From positions 12,194-76,193 of the forward strand of contig JBJMHD010000019.1 in the NCBI GenBank assembly GCA_045807565.1: a stretch of DNA of 64,000 bases. Reading direction: 5' to 3'. Positions within the stretch are counted from its first letter, which is position 1; every line of letters starts with the position of its first letter. Shown piece by piece: positions 1 to 11,008 of this stretch. A program made the position numbers and the translations under genes. The notes beneath the pieces were generated by a model. It was given only the letters and a program-made list of their open reading frames with translations. It did no database searches and was not told the DNA's origin. The DNA is from Acidimicrobiales bacterium (lineage in GTDB: Bacteria > Actinomycetota > Acidimicrobiia > Acidimicrobiales > VFJN01).

Positions 1-221
1 AGAGCACCCATCGCGCCACGGTCGTCTCGGCCAACTCCCTGAGCACCCAGGTCGGGGGCGCCGTGAGCGGCATCGTCCTCGGCGCGCTGGCCGACGCCAC
101 GAGCATCTCCGCCGCCATGGCGGTGGCCGCCGTGGTGCTCGCCGCCGCCGGACCGCTCTACCTCACGGGCCGGCAGGACGCTGTCACCCGCGAGGTGGCG
201 CCCCCCGTCAACGTTCCCTGA
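1..221 (+). CDS. C-terminal fragment of a membrane transporter, probably MFS; 5' end lies outside the window
   Basis: Frame 3 is open from the window edge to TGA at 219-221. It reads ...ATVVSANSLSTQVGGAVSGIVLGALADATSISAAMAVAAVVLAAAGPLYL..., a hydrophobic last-TM-like segment with strong GC3 bias. Family assignment is by resemblance only. Confidence 0.4.
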   Translation, partial: STHRATVVSANSLSTQVGGAVSGIVLGALADATSISAAMAVAAVVLAAAGPLYLTGRQDAVTREVAPPVNVP

Positions 222-272
222 GCGCACGTGACCAGGCGTTCAGCCGCTGGCCGACTCGGGTAGGGGCTGCTG

Positions 273-2219
273 ATGCCGAAGGCTCGTACGCTTGATCCCG
301 TGCTGCCGCCGATCGTGATCGACGACGTGCATCCCCGGACGCCCGACGGGTTCCCTGCCAAGGGGGTGGGCGGCGAACGGGTGCCGGTGTCCGCCCAGCT
401 CGTGGCCGACGGCCACGACCAGCTCGGGGCGCGGGTGCGCTGGCGGCGCAAGGGCGACCGGCCGTGGGAGTCGGCGCCGCTGCGCGCCGGCGATGACGAT
501 CGCTGGTCCGGCTCGATCTCCCCGTCGGCCATCGGGATCCACGAGCTCGTCATCGACGCGTGGACCGACCGCTACTCGACGTGGCGGCACGAGGTCGAGG
601 TGAAGGCCGCGGCGGGCCAAGACGTCGAGCTGGAGCTCGAGGAGGGCGCGCGCCTGCTCGAGGAGCTCGCCACCAAGGCATCGGGAGCCAAGGCGAAGAA
701 GCGGTTGCAGGCCGCTGCCGACGGCGTCCGTCGCGAGAGCTGCACCCTGGAGGTGCGCTTGGGCGCGGCGGGCGCCGACGACGTCGCCGAGATCGCGGTC
801 GAGATCCCTGACGCCCGGTTGTCCTCCTCGCCCGTCCACCTGCTGTGGGTCGATCGGCCTCGGGCCGGGCACGCGGCGTGGTACGAGCTGTTCCCGCGGA
901 GCTTCGGGGGGCTGCGGGGAGCCATCGACCACCTGGGCTACGTCGCCGACCTCGGGTTCGACGTGGCGTACCTGCCCCCGATCCACCCGATCGGCGCCAC
1001 GCACCGCAAGGGTCGCGGCAACACGCTGGCGGCCGGGCCCGATGACCCGGGGAGCCCCTGGGCGATCGGAGGTCGGGAGGGTGGTCACGACGCGATCCAC
1101 CCCGACCTGGGCACGATCGAGGACTTCGACGCCTTCGTGCGCGCCGCTGCCGACCTCGGGATCGAGGTGGCGATGGACTACGCGCTCCAGTGCAGTCCCG
1201 ACCACCCGTGGGTGCACGACCATCCCGAGTGGTTCCAGCAGCGGCCTGACGGCTCGATCCGGTACGCCGAGAACCCGCCGAAGAAGTACCAGGACATCCA
1301 CCCCATCAGCTTCTGGCCCGCCGACGACGCGGACCGGGTGGCGCTGTGGGAGGCGTGCCGTGACGTGCTCGAGCACTGGATCAGCCACGACATCCGCACG
1401 TTCCGCGTCGACAACCCGCACACCAAGCCGCTCGCGTTCTGGGAGTGGGTGATCCGAGACGTGCACAGCCGTCACCCCGACGTGGTGTTCCTCGCCGAGG
1501 CGTTCACCGCCCCGGCGATGATGGCGAAGCTCGCCGAGGTCGGCTTCACCCAGAGCTACACCTACTTCACGTGGCGCCATGAGGCGTGGGAGCTGCGCGA
1601 GTACGTCACCGAGCTCACCACCCCTCCGCTCGTCGAGTACATGCGGCCGTCGTTCTGGCCCAACACGCCGGACATCCTCGATGACCACCTGCGGCACGCC
1701 CCTCCCAGCGCCTTCGCGCTGCGGTTCGTGCTCGCCGCCACGCTCGTGCCGATCTACGGCATCTACTCCGGCTACGAGCTGTGCGAGAACGAGCCCGCCG
1801 ACGACACCAGCACCGAGTACCGCCACTCCGAGAAGTACGAGATCAAGGACCGCGACTACGCCCAGGAGCCGTCGCTCGCGCCGCTGATCCGCACCGTCAA
1901 CGACATCCGTCGGAAGCACCCGTCGGCGTGGTCGCTGCGCGACGTCCGGTTCCACCACAGCGACAACGAGCAGGTCCTGGCCTACACGCGCGGGCACCTC
2001 GACGACGACCTGCTCCTCGTCGTGGTGAACCTCGATCCGCACCACGCCCAGGAGACGTGGGTGCGCCTCGACCTCGGCGCCGTGGGCCTGCCGCAGGGCA
2101 GCTACCAGCTGCACGACGAGCTCACCGACGCTCGCTACACGTGGGAGGGCGAGGCGGGCTACGTCCGGCTCGACCCCACCACCGGCCAGGTGGGCCACCT
2201 CTTCCACGTCACCGCCTGA
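273..2219 (+). CDS. glgE: Alpha-1,4-glucan:maltose-1-phosphate maltosyltransferase (GlgE)
   Basis: 648-aa ORF. The N-terminus IVIDDVHPRTPDGFPAKGVGGERVPVSAQLVADGHD and the GH13 core (FRVDNPHTKP, VFLAEAFT) are typical of GlgE. Confidence 0.9.
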   Translation: MPKARTLDPVLPPIVIDDVHPRTPDGFPAKGVGGERVPVSAQLVADGHDQLGARVRWRRKGDRPWESAPLRAGDDDRWSGSISPSAIGIHELVIDAWTDRYSTWRHEVEVKAAAGQDVELELEEGARLLEELATKASGAKAKKRLQAAADGVRRESCTLEVRLGAAGADDVAEIAVEIPDARLSSSPVHLLWVDRPRAGHAAWYELFPRSFGGLRGAIDHLGYVADLGFDVAYLPPIHPIGATHRKGRGNTLAAGPDDPGSPWAIGGREGGHDAIHPDLGTIEDFDAFVRAAADLGIEVAMDYALQCSPDHPWVHDHPEWFQQRPDGSIRYAENPPKKYQDIHPISFWPADDADRVALWEACRDVLEHWISHDIRTFRVDNPHTKPLAFWEWVIRDVHSRHPDVVFLAEAFTAPAMMAKLAEVGFTQSYTYFTWRHEAWELREYVTELTTPPLVEYMRPSFWPNTPDILDDHLRHAPPSAFALRFVLAATLVPIYGIYSGYELCENEPADDTSTEYRHSEKYEIKDRDYAQEPSLAPLIRTVNDIRRKHPSAWSLRDVRFHHSDNEQVLAYTRGHLDDDLLLVVVNLDPHHAQETWVRLDLGAVGLPQGSYQLHDELTDARYTWEGEAGYVRLDPTTGQVGHLFHVTA

Positions 2220-2295
2220 GCTCAGCGATCTGACCGCTCGGTGACGGCGTCCTCACGACGGCCGCGCGCCGTCCGTGAGCGGACGTTGCCCGAGG

Positions 2296-2312
2296 CGAAA
2301 CGGGGACGAAAC
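2296..2312 (-). promoter_or_regulatory. 11-bp-phased direct repeat (7+4+7) upstream of the reductase gene; candidate operator
   Basis: The plus strand reads CGAAAC-GGGGA-CGAAAC. The minus strand reads GGTTTCG-TCCC-CGTTTCG. The site is centred about 43 nt upstream of ATG 2347 and resembles the repeat at 6020-6037. Confidence 0.4.
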
Positions 2313-2346
2313 CGGCCCGCCGAGGTCCGTCCGTACCGTCCGGGCG

Positions 2347-3984
2347 ATGGCACCCGACCTCCCCGCGGCGAAGCGCGCCGGGCTCCCCGTCGACATCGCT
2401 CGCCTCACCAGAGAGGGCGACGGCTGGCTGACCGCGGAGGAGCGCTACGCGCTGAAGACGCATGGCATCTGCGCCCAGGCCCAGGACGGCGTGTTCATGA
2501 TCAGGGTGAGGATCCCCGGCGGGGTGGCGCCCAGCGAACAGCTCCGGGGCCTGGCCCGCATCGCGGCGCGCCACGCCGAGGACTGGCTGCACCTCACGAC
2601 ACGCCAGAACGTCGAGCTCCACTGGGTGCCGGCGCGCGAGGTCGAGACCGTGCTGGCGGCCGTCGGCCGATCCGGCCTGTCGACCCGGTCCGCGTGCGGC
2701 CACACGCTGCGGAACGTGATGTGCAGCGAGGACGCGGGGGTCGGGCTCGACGAGCCGTTCGACTGCCTCCCTGACGCTCGGCTGGTGTCGGATGCGATCG
2801 TCGCTCGCTCGGCCCACCTGAACACGGTGCTGCCGAGTCGCGTCAACGTGAGCCTCGGGGGTTCCCCGAGGTGCCGGCACGACGCCCTCGTGAACGACGT
2901 CGGCCTGGTGTCGACCGTGCTCGACGGCGTGGCGGGCTACGAGCTGTGGGCGGGCGGGGGCCTCGGCAAGGCGCCGTCACTCGCCGTGCTCCTCAGCCCG
3001 TTCGTGCCGCGCGCCGACGTGCTGCCGGCGGTGGAGGCGCTGATCGACGTCTTCGTCGCGGAGGGCAGCTTCGACGAGCCCGCCAAGGGGCGGATGAAGT
3101 TCCTGGTCGATCGGCTCGGCGCCGACGCGCTGCGCGCCAGCTGGCACGGCGCCTTCGACGCCGCCCGAGCCCGACCCCACCCCGAGCCCGCGGCCGTCGA
3201 CGTCCTCACCGAGGCCGACCGGCGCGACGTGCTGGCCGAGGCGCCGCCCGGCGGGTGGAGCGCCGGCGTGCGTCCGCAACGGACGCCCGGCCTGGCGTCG
3301 GTCACGCTCGACGTGCCGCTCGGCGACACGTGCAGCTCGGAGCTCCAGCTGTGCTGCGACCTCGCCGACCGTCACGCCGACGGTCACCTCACCATCACCC
3401 GGGACCAGAACCTCACGTTCCGCAACGTGCCGCTCGCTGCCGTCGAGACGATCCGCCGGGCCATGGCGGGTCGCGGCGTGTCGCTCGTGGGCGAGGGTCG
3501 GACCGCCCAGATCCGCGCCTGCACCGGCGCCGCCGTGTGCGCGCTCGGGATCACCGACTCGCCGGGGGCCGGGAGCCGGCTGGCGGGAACCGCGGCGCTG
3601 GCGCGCAACTCGGCGCTGCGCGTCTTCGTCTCCGGCTGCCCCAACTCGTGCGCCCAGCACCAGATCGGTGACATCGGCCTCGCCGGGTCGAAGGTTCGCA
3701 TCGGCGGGCGCACGACCGACGGCTACCAGGTGTTCCTCGGCGCCGACCTCGAGCAGCACGTCGTGGGGGAGGTCGCCGGCCGCGTCGCCGAGGCCGACCT
3801 CGATGCCGCCGTCACCGCCATCGTCGGCACCTGGGAGGCGCTCCGCCACCCCGGCGAGCCCCTCGGCGGCGCCGTCCGGCGGCTCGGGGTCGACGCCTTC
3901 AGCGCGCAGATCGCGGCTGCCCTCGACGACCGCTGGGCGGTCGGCCCCGAACCCCACGAGGAGCTGGCCGTCTCCGTCCGCTGA
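2347..3984 (+). CDS. Ferredoxin-dependent nitrite/sulfite reductase (NirA/SirA family, siroheme-[4Fe-4S])
   Basis: Duplicated NiR/SiR fold with cysteine cluster motifs RACTGAAVCALG and SGCPNSCAQHQ. I moved the start to ATG 2347 (MAPDLPAAKRAGLP...). The ORF track starts at 2275 inside the likely promoter region. Confidence 0.85.
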   Translation: MAPDLPAAKRAGLPVDIARLTREGDGWLTAEERYALKTHGICAQAQDGVFMIRVRIPGGVAPSEQLRGLARIAARHAEDWLHLTTRQNVELHWVPAREVETVLAAVGRSGLSTRSACGHTLRNVMCSEDAGVGLDEPFDCLPDARLVSDAIVARSAHLNTVLPSRVNVSLGGSPRCRHDALVNDVGLVSTVLDGVAGYELWAGGGLGKAPSLAVLLSPFVPRADVLPAVEALIDVFVAEGSFDEPAKGRMKFLVDRLGADALRASWHGAFDAARARPHPEPAAVDVLTEADRRDVLAEAPPGGWSAGVRPQRTPGLASVTLDVPLGDTCSSELQLCCDLADRHADGHLTITRDQNLTFRNVPLAAVETIRRAMAGRGVSLVGEGRTAQIRACTGAAVCALGITDSPGAGSRLAGTAALARNSALRVFVSGCPNSCAQHQIGDIGLAGSKVRIGGRTTDGYQVFLGADLEQHVVGEVAGRVAEADLDAAVTAIVGTWEALRHPGEPLGGAVRRLGVDAFSAQIAAALDDRWAVGPEPHEELAVSVR

Positions 3985-4038
3985 CGCTCGTCCCCCCCAC
4001 CGAACCCAACCCACCAACCCCACCGTCCAGGAGGACCG

Positions 4039-4872
4039 ATGCCCATCCCCATCGCCGAAGCCATCGACGACCACGCCGAGCTGGCCGCCGTGAAGGCGAG
4101 GAGCGCGCGCGACCTGCCGCGCTACCTCTTCACCGCCGCCCTCGCCGGCGCCTACGTCGGCATCGCCGTCGTGCTGCTCGTCTCCGTGTCGGCGCCGCTC
4201 GTCGCCGCCGGGTCGGCCGCGGCCAAGCTCGTCCAGGCCGGCGTGTTCGGTGTCGCGCTCACCCTGGTGGTGTTCGCGGGTGCTGAGCTGTTCACCGGGA
4301 ACGCCATGGTGATGCTCCAGGGCTGGTGGAAGCGGACGGTGAGCCCCGCGCAGGTCGCGCTGGTGTGGATCGCCTCCCTCGTCGGCAACATCGTCGGGTC
4401 GATGGCGCTCGCTCTCGCCGTGCACGCGGGCGGAACGCTGACCGGCCCCGGCGCGACGTTGGTGGGCACCATCACCGCCGCCAAGGACGCCGCGCCGGGC
4501 CCGCAGCTCTTCTGGCGGGCCGTGCTCTGCAACGCCCTCGTGTGCCTCGGGCTCTGGATGGCGGCCCGCACCCGGTCCGACGCCGCCAAGCTCGTCGTGC
4601 TGTGGTGGGCGCTGCTCGCGTTCATCGGGAGCGGCTTCGAGCACTCCGTCGCCAACGCGACGACCTTCAGCCTCGCCGCGCTCGAGGGTTCCATCGGCTG
4701 GAGCGCGCTGGTGCGCAACCTGCTGTGGACCGTCCCCGGCAACATCGTCGGCGGCGGCCTCGTCATCGGTCTGGGCTACGCCTGGACGGCGTCCACCCGG
4801 ACAGCCGCTCCCGCGACCGAGATCGTCCCAGAGCCCGCGGCCGCCGAGACGCTCGTGCCCGCCCCCGCCTGA
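4039..4872 (+). CDS. Formate/nitrite transporter (FNT) family channel
   Basis: FNT signatures LFTGNAMVM and GSGFEHSVANAT. Multiple TM segments. An AGGAGGA Shine-Dalgarno lies just upstream of the ATG. Confidence 0.85.
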   Translation: MPIPIAEAIDDHAELAAVKARSARDLPRYLFTAALAGAYVGIAVVLLVSVSAPLVAAGSAAAKLVQAGVFGVALTLVVFAGAELFTGNAMVMLQGWWKRTVSPAQVALVWIASLVGNIVGSMALALAVHAGGTLTGPGATLVGTITAAKDAAPGPQLFWRAVLCNALVCLGLWMAARTRSDAAKLVVLWWALLAFIGSGFEHSVANATTFSLAALEGSIGWSALVRNLLWTVPGNIVGGGLVIGLGYAWTASTRTAAPATEIVPEPAAAETLVPAPA

Positions 4873-4897
4873 CGTCGCGGCGTCCGGGCCCCTCTCG

Positions 4898-5995
4898 TCA
4901 GCCGGCGAGGCGGACGTCCAGGTGGCAGGCGTAGCCGCGCCGGGGCACCGCCCGCACGGCCGGTGCCAGCGGACCGAGCTTGGTCCGGAGCCGGGCGACG
5001 GCGGCTTCGGCGGCGTGCAGATCACGGCCGGGCTCGACCAGGTCGGCCTTGGGCACCACCCCGGGCGCCCGTTCCACGAGCACCTCGAGCACCCGCGCTT
5101 CGGTGGGCGTGAGCGCCGCCTCGTGGCCGTCGCCGAACAGCAGGTCGCCCTGCCAGCGCAGCTCCGGTCCGTCGGCGGAGAGCACCCGGTGCCGAGCTGA
5201 CAGGGCCGTGACCAGCGCCTGCACCATCGCGCCGAGGCGGGCCCGGCCGGGCTGCACCACGGTGGTCACGCCGTGGGCGCGGAGGGCCCTGGCGCACACC
5301 GGCCCCACCGCGGCGGCGGCGACCGGTCCGTCCAGGGCGGCGCGGAGCGCATCCGGGTCGGGCGCCAGGTCGAAGGCGCGGTCGACGGCGTACGCACAGG
5401 TGAACGTGACCGCGTGGACACGCCGTGCGGCCGTGGCCTCGAGCAGCCGGATGCCCGGGCCGGCATCCTCCGGCGGATCCCACCGGTAGACCGGCACGTC
5501 CACCGTGTCGGCGCCCAGGGCCGCGATCGACTCGGCGAGGCGCGGGGCGCTGCTGCCGTCGCGCTGCACGACCACCCGCTTACCGGCGACGCCCCTCGCT
5601 GCCAGCTCGGCGACGACCTCGGCGCTCGTCTCCGTGACGGCCTGCCAGTGCACCTCGATGCCGGAGGCGATCGCCGCGCTGCGCGCCTTCGGTCCGCGCG
5701 ACCACACCAGGGCGTCGGCCGCCCAGGCGCGCACGGCGCCATCGAGGCCGTGGCTCTCGGCCACGCCCAGCCAGGAGCGGGTGCCGATGCCGGTGCTGAG
5801 CACGATGACGTCGGCCCGTGCGCAGAGGGCGCGCCGGGTGGCGTCGAGGGTCTCGCCGGCGTCGTGCAGCAGACCCGTCCGCATCACCGGTCCGTGGACG
5901 ACGGTGGCACCCCGCCGGGCCAGCATCTCCGCCTGCTCCTGCCACCGACGGTCGCCGGTGACCCCGATCGTGCACCCCGAGAGCGCCCCAGTCAT
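4898..5995 (-). CDS. HemD-like (uroporphyrinogen-III synthase fold) domain fused to an OmpR/PhoB-type winged-helix DNA-binding domain
   Basis: About 250 aa are HemD-like (GCTIGVTGDRRWQEQAEML...). The C-terminal wHTH reads LTPTEARVLEVLVERAPGVVPKADL...AVARLRTKLG...VPRRGY. From memory this is the same architecture as mycobacterial Rv0260c-type proteins next to nitrite assimilation genes. Confidence 0.8.
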   Translation of the reverse strand: MTGALSGCTIGVTGDRRWQEQAEMLARRGATVVHGPVMRTGLLHDAGETLDATRRALCARADVIVLSTGIGTRSWLGVAESHGLDGAVRAWAADALVWSRGPKARSAAIASGIEVHWQAVTETSAEVVAELAARGVAGKRVVVQRDGSSAPRLAESIAALGADTVDVPVYRWDPPEDAGPGIRLLEATAARRVHAVTFTCAYAVDRAFDLAPDPDALRAALDGPVAAAAVGPVCARALRAHGVTTVVQPGRARLGAMVQALVTALSARHRVLSADGPELRWQGDLLFGDGHEAALTPTEARVLEVLVERAPGVVPKADLVEPGRDLHAAEAAVARLRTKLGPLAPAVRAVPRRGYACHLDVRLAG

Positions 5996-6019
5996 GGGGA
6001 CCGAGGATGGCGGGTACGT

Positions 6020-6037
6020 GTTTCCGATCCGTTTCCG
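6020..6037 (+). promoter_or_regulatory. 11-bp-phased direct repeat GTTTCCG-ATCC-GTTTCCG in the divergent regulator/treS intergenic region; candidate operator
   Basis: Exact 7-mer repeated with a 4-bp spacer. It is centred about 33 nt upstream of the regulator start (5995, minus strand) and about 70 nt upstream of the treS ATG (6100). Confidence 0.4.
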
Positions 6038-6099
6038 GTGGCGGTAGATCGCGAGGTCTCGTGACGAACCCTGGTGGCGCCTTGTGCAACCCTGGACCC

Positions 6100-7760
<1,661 letters not shown>

Positions 7761-7764
<4 letters not shown>

Positions 7765-9119
7765 TCGACCCAGCCCTGCTCGACCAGGCGCTCGACACCC
7801 ACCTCAGCAGCCACATCGAACGGCAGCGCTGGTCGGGGGCGCCCGACGGTGGCATCACCGAGGCCACGCCGGCGTGGACCGAGCTCGTCAGCGACGACCC
7901 GCTGCTGGCCTGGATGGTGGTCGACGCCACCCTCGCCACCGGCGCCCAGCAGCGGTACCAGCTGTTCATCGGCGGTCGCCCCGCCCACCCGTGGCCCGAC
8001 TACCTCGAGGGGAAGGACCGCGAGCTCCTCGCCGTGGTGCCCGACGGCGAGGGTGACGAGGTGGTGTTCTACGACGCCCTCATCGACCCCGACCTCGCCA
8101 TCGCCGTGCTGCACCTCGTCTCGCCGGACAGCGAGGTGGAGGTGCGCCGCCCGATCGTGCTCGAGCACTCGAACAGCTCCGTCGTCTTCGACGAGCGGAC
8201 GATCCTGAAGGTGCTCCGCAAGGTCGAGGCCGGGCCGAACCCCGATGTCGAGATCCCGCGCGAGCTGGCTGAGCGCGGCTTCGAGCACGTGCTGCCGCCG
8301 ATCGCCGAGCTGCGCCGTGAGGGGATGGACCTCGCCGTGCTGCGCGACTTCCTCGTCGGTGCCACCGAGGGGTGGCAGCTCGCCCGCGCGTCGGTGCGCG
8401 ACGTCCTGGCGTCGCGGCTGGCCCCCGAGGAGAGCGGTGGGGACCTGGCCGCCGAGTCGGCCCGCCTGGGCTCGGTGATCGCCGAGCTGCACCTCGCCAT
8501 GGGCGACGCGTTCGGCTGTGAGCGCGGTGAGCCGGCGGTCTGGGTGGACGGCATGCTCGAGGCCCTGGCGGAGGTCGCCGAGGCGGCGAAGGATCTGCCC
8601 TTCGATGCCGATGCCGTGCGCGCACGGCTGGAGGACGCGCGGAAGGTGGAGGACGCGGGCGCCGACATGTTCATCCACGGCGACCTGCACCTCGCGCAGG
8701 TGATCCAGGTCGACGCCGACTGGCTCGTGCTCGACTTCGAGGGCGAACCGGCCCGGCGCCGCGACGACCGCTTCACGCGCTCCTCACCCCTGCGCGACGT
8801 GGCCGGGATGCTGCGCTCCTACCACTACGCCGCCGCCACCGGCCTGGCCGAGTGGGACCTCGGCGACGCGGAGCTCCTCGCCCTGCTCGACGCGTGGGAG
8901 GAGCGCAACCGAGACGCCTTCCTCACCGCCTACTTCGCCGAGGACGGGATCGACGCCGTCCTCCCGGTCGACCCCGCGGGCCGCGACGCGCTGCTCACCG
9001 CCTTCGAGCTCGACAAGGCCGTGTACGAGCTCGGCTACGAGCTTGGTCACCGACCCGAGCTCGTCTCGATCCCGCTCGCCGGCATCGAACGGCTGGTGCG
9101 CGGTCCGGTGCCGACGTGA
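7761..9119 (+). CDS. mak: Maltokinase (Mak/Pep2), forming maltose-1-phosphate
   Basis: Aminoglycoside-phosphotransferase-like kinase core (IHGDLHLAQV, LDFEGEP) with a maltokinase-type N-terminal cap. GTG 7761 overlaps the treS stop (GTGA). The ORF-track start at 7302 lies inside treS. Confidence 0.85.
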
Positions 9120-11008
9120 CCGGTCCGGCGGAGGCCACCCTCTCCGTGCCGTCGAGCTTCGACCTGCACCTGTTCGGGCAGGGCAAGCACGAGCGGCTGT
9201 GGGACGTGCTCGGCGCCCACGTCGACGGGGGGCGCACCCGGTTCGCGGTGTGGGCTCCCCACGCGCGCCGCGTGTCCGTCGTCGGCGAGTTCAACGGCTG
9301 GGACCGCGGGGCATGCCCGCTGGAGGCGCTCGAGGCCGGCGTGTGGATCGGCGCCGTGGACGGGATCGGGTCCCGTACGCCGTACAAGTACGCCATCAGC
9401 GGTGCCGACGGTCGCACCATCGAGCGGGCCGACCCCATGGCCCAGTTCGCCGAGCACTCGGGCGGCATGGCCAGCATCGTGTTCGAGAGCCACCACACCT
9501 GGCAGGACGACGACTGGATGTCGCAGCGCGCCAGCCGCGACCTCCTGCGCGACCGGCTGAGCATCTACGAGGTGCACCTCGGGTCCTGGCGACGCCACCC
9601 CGACGGTCGCCCGCTGTCCTATCGGGAGCTCGCGCCCGCGCTGGCCGACCACGTCGCCGCGCTCGGGTTCACCCACGTGGAGCTCATGCCGATCGCCGAG
9701 CACCCCTACGAGCCGTCGTGGGGGTACCAGGTCACGGGCTTCTACGCGCCGACGTCTCGCTTCGGCGACCCCGACGACTTCCGGTGGTTCGTCGACCACC
9801 TCCACCAGCGAGGCCTGGGCGTGATCGTGGACTGGGTCCCGGCGCACTTCCCCCGCGACGACCACGCCCTCGCCCGGTACGACGGCACGCCGCTGTACGA
9901 GTACGCCGACCCGCAGCGGGGCCAGCACCCTGACTGGGGCACGCTCGTGTTCGACCACGGCAAGACGCAGGTGCGCGGGTTCCTCATCGCCAACGCCCTG
10001 TACTGGCTCGGCGAGATGCACGTGGACGGGCTGCGCGTCGATGCCGTGGCCTCGATGCTCTACCGCGACTACTCGCGCGGGCATGGGCAGTGGACGCCGA
10101 ACGTCCACGGTGGCAACGAGGACCTGGAGGCGGTGTCGTTCCTGCAGGAGATGAACACCACCGTCCACCGCGTGCACCCCGGCGTGCTCACGATCGCCGA
10201 GGAGTCCACCGCATGGGACGGGGTCAGCCGGCCGGTGCACACCGGCGGCCTCGGCTTCACCCACAAGTGGAACATGGGCTGGATGCACGACACGCTCGAC
10301 TACTGGGAGACGGACCCGTACTACCGGAGCTGGCACCACAACCAGCTCACCTTCGGGCTCACCTACGCCTGGGCCGAGCACTTCGTGCTCCCCCTGAGCC
10401 ACGACGAGGTGGTGCACCTCAAGCGGTCGCTCCTCGGCAAGATGCCGGGCCAGGGCGACCACGAGCGGTTCGCCAACCTCCGAGCGCTCTACACCTGGAT
10501 GTGGGCGCACCCGGGCAAGCAGCTCCTGTTCATGGGCGCCGAGCTGGCCGACCCGCGCGAGTGGAGCCACGACCGCGGCCTCGACTGGAGCCTGGCCGAC
10601 CAGGAGCGCAACGCCGGCGTGCTGCGGCTCGTCGGCGACCTGAACGCCATCCACGCCCACCACCCGGTGATGCACCTCGGTGACGACGACCCCGCCGGGT
10701 TCTCGTGGCTCGCCGTGGACGACAGCGACCGGAGCACGCTCGCCTTCGAGCGGCTCGTGCCCGGCACCGACGACGTCCTCGTGTGCGTGGCGAACCTGCA
10801 GGGGGTGCACCAGCAGGACTTCCGCATCGGCCTGCGCCGGCCCGGTCGCTGGCGGGGCCTCATCACGAGCGACGACGCCCGCTACGGCGGGTCGGGCTCG
10901 TGGGTGCCGCACCTCGAGCCGGAGGCGGTGCCCTGGCACGGTCGTGCCCACAGCGCGACCCTCACCATCCCGCCGCTCACGGTGCTGTACCTCATCCCGG
11001 ACACATGA
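9116..11008 (+). CDS. glgB: 1,4-alpha-glucan branching enzyme (GlgB)
   Basis: FDLHLFGQGKHERLWDVLGAH, GVIVDWVPAHFP, DGLRVDAVASMLY and TIAEESTAW are typical GH13_9 motifs. GTG 9116 overlaps the mak stop (GTGA). Confidence 0.9.
   Translation: MTGPAEATLSVPSSFDLHLFGQGKHERLWDVLGAHVDGGRTRFAVWAPHARRVSVVGEFNGWDRGACPLEALEAGVWIGAVDGIGSRTPYKYAISGADGRTIERADPMAQFAEHSGGMASIVFESHHTWQDDDWMSQRASRDLLRDRLSIYEVHLGSWRRHPDGRPLSYRELAPALADHVAALGFTHVELMPIAEHPYEPSWGYQVTGFYAPTSRFGDPDDFRWFVDHLHQRGLGVIVDWVPAHFPRDDHALARYDGTPLYEYADPQRGQHPDWGTLVFDHGKTQVRGFLIANALYWLGEMHVDGLRVDAVASMLYRDYSRGHGQWTPNVHGGNEDLEAVSFLQEMNTTVHRVHPGVLTIAEESTAWDGVSRPVHTGGLGFTHKWNMGWMHDTLDYWETDPYYRSWHHNQLTFGLTYAWAEHFVLPLSHDEVVHLKRSLLGKMPGQGDHERFANLRALYTWMWAHPGKQLLFMGAELADPREWSHDRGLDWSLADQERNAGVLRLVGDLNAIHAHHPVMHLGDDDPAGFSWLAVDDSDRSTLAFERLVPGTDDVLVCVANLQGVHQQDFRIGLRRPGRWRGLITSDDARYGGSGSWVPHLEPEAVPWHGRAHSATLTIPPLTVLYLIPDT

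Noticed and set aside
3985-4038. C/A-rich tract (CCCCCCCACCGAACCCAACCCACCAACCCCACC) between the reductase and FNT genes, as a possible regulatory RNA element.
   Set aside because: It is short and unstructured, and it immediately precedes a strong AGGAGGA SD. It is most simply an unstructured intercistronic spacer. I have no basis for a specific element.
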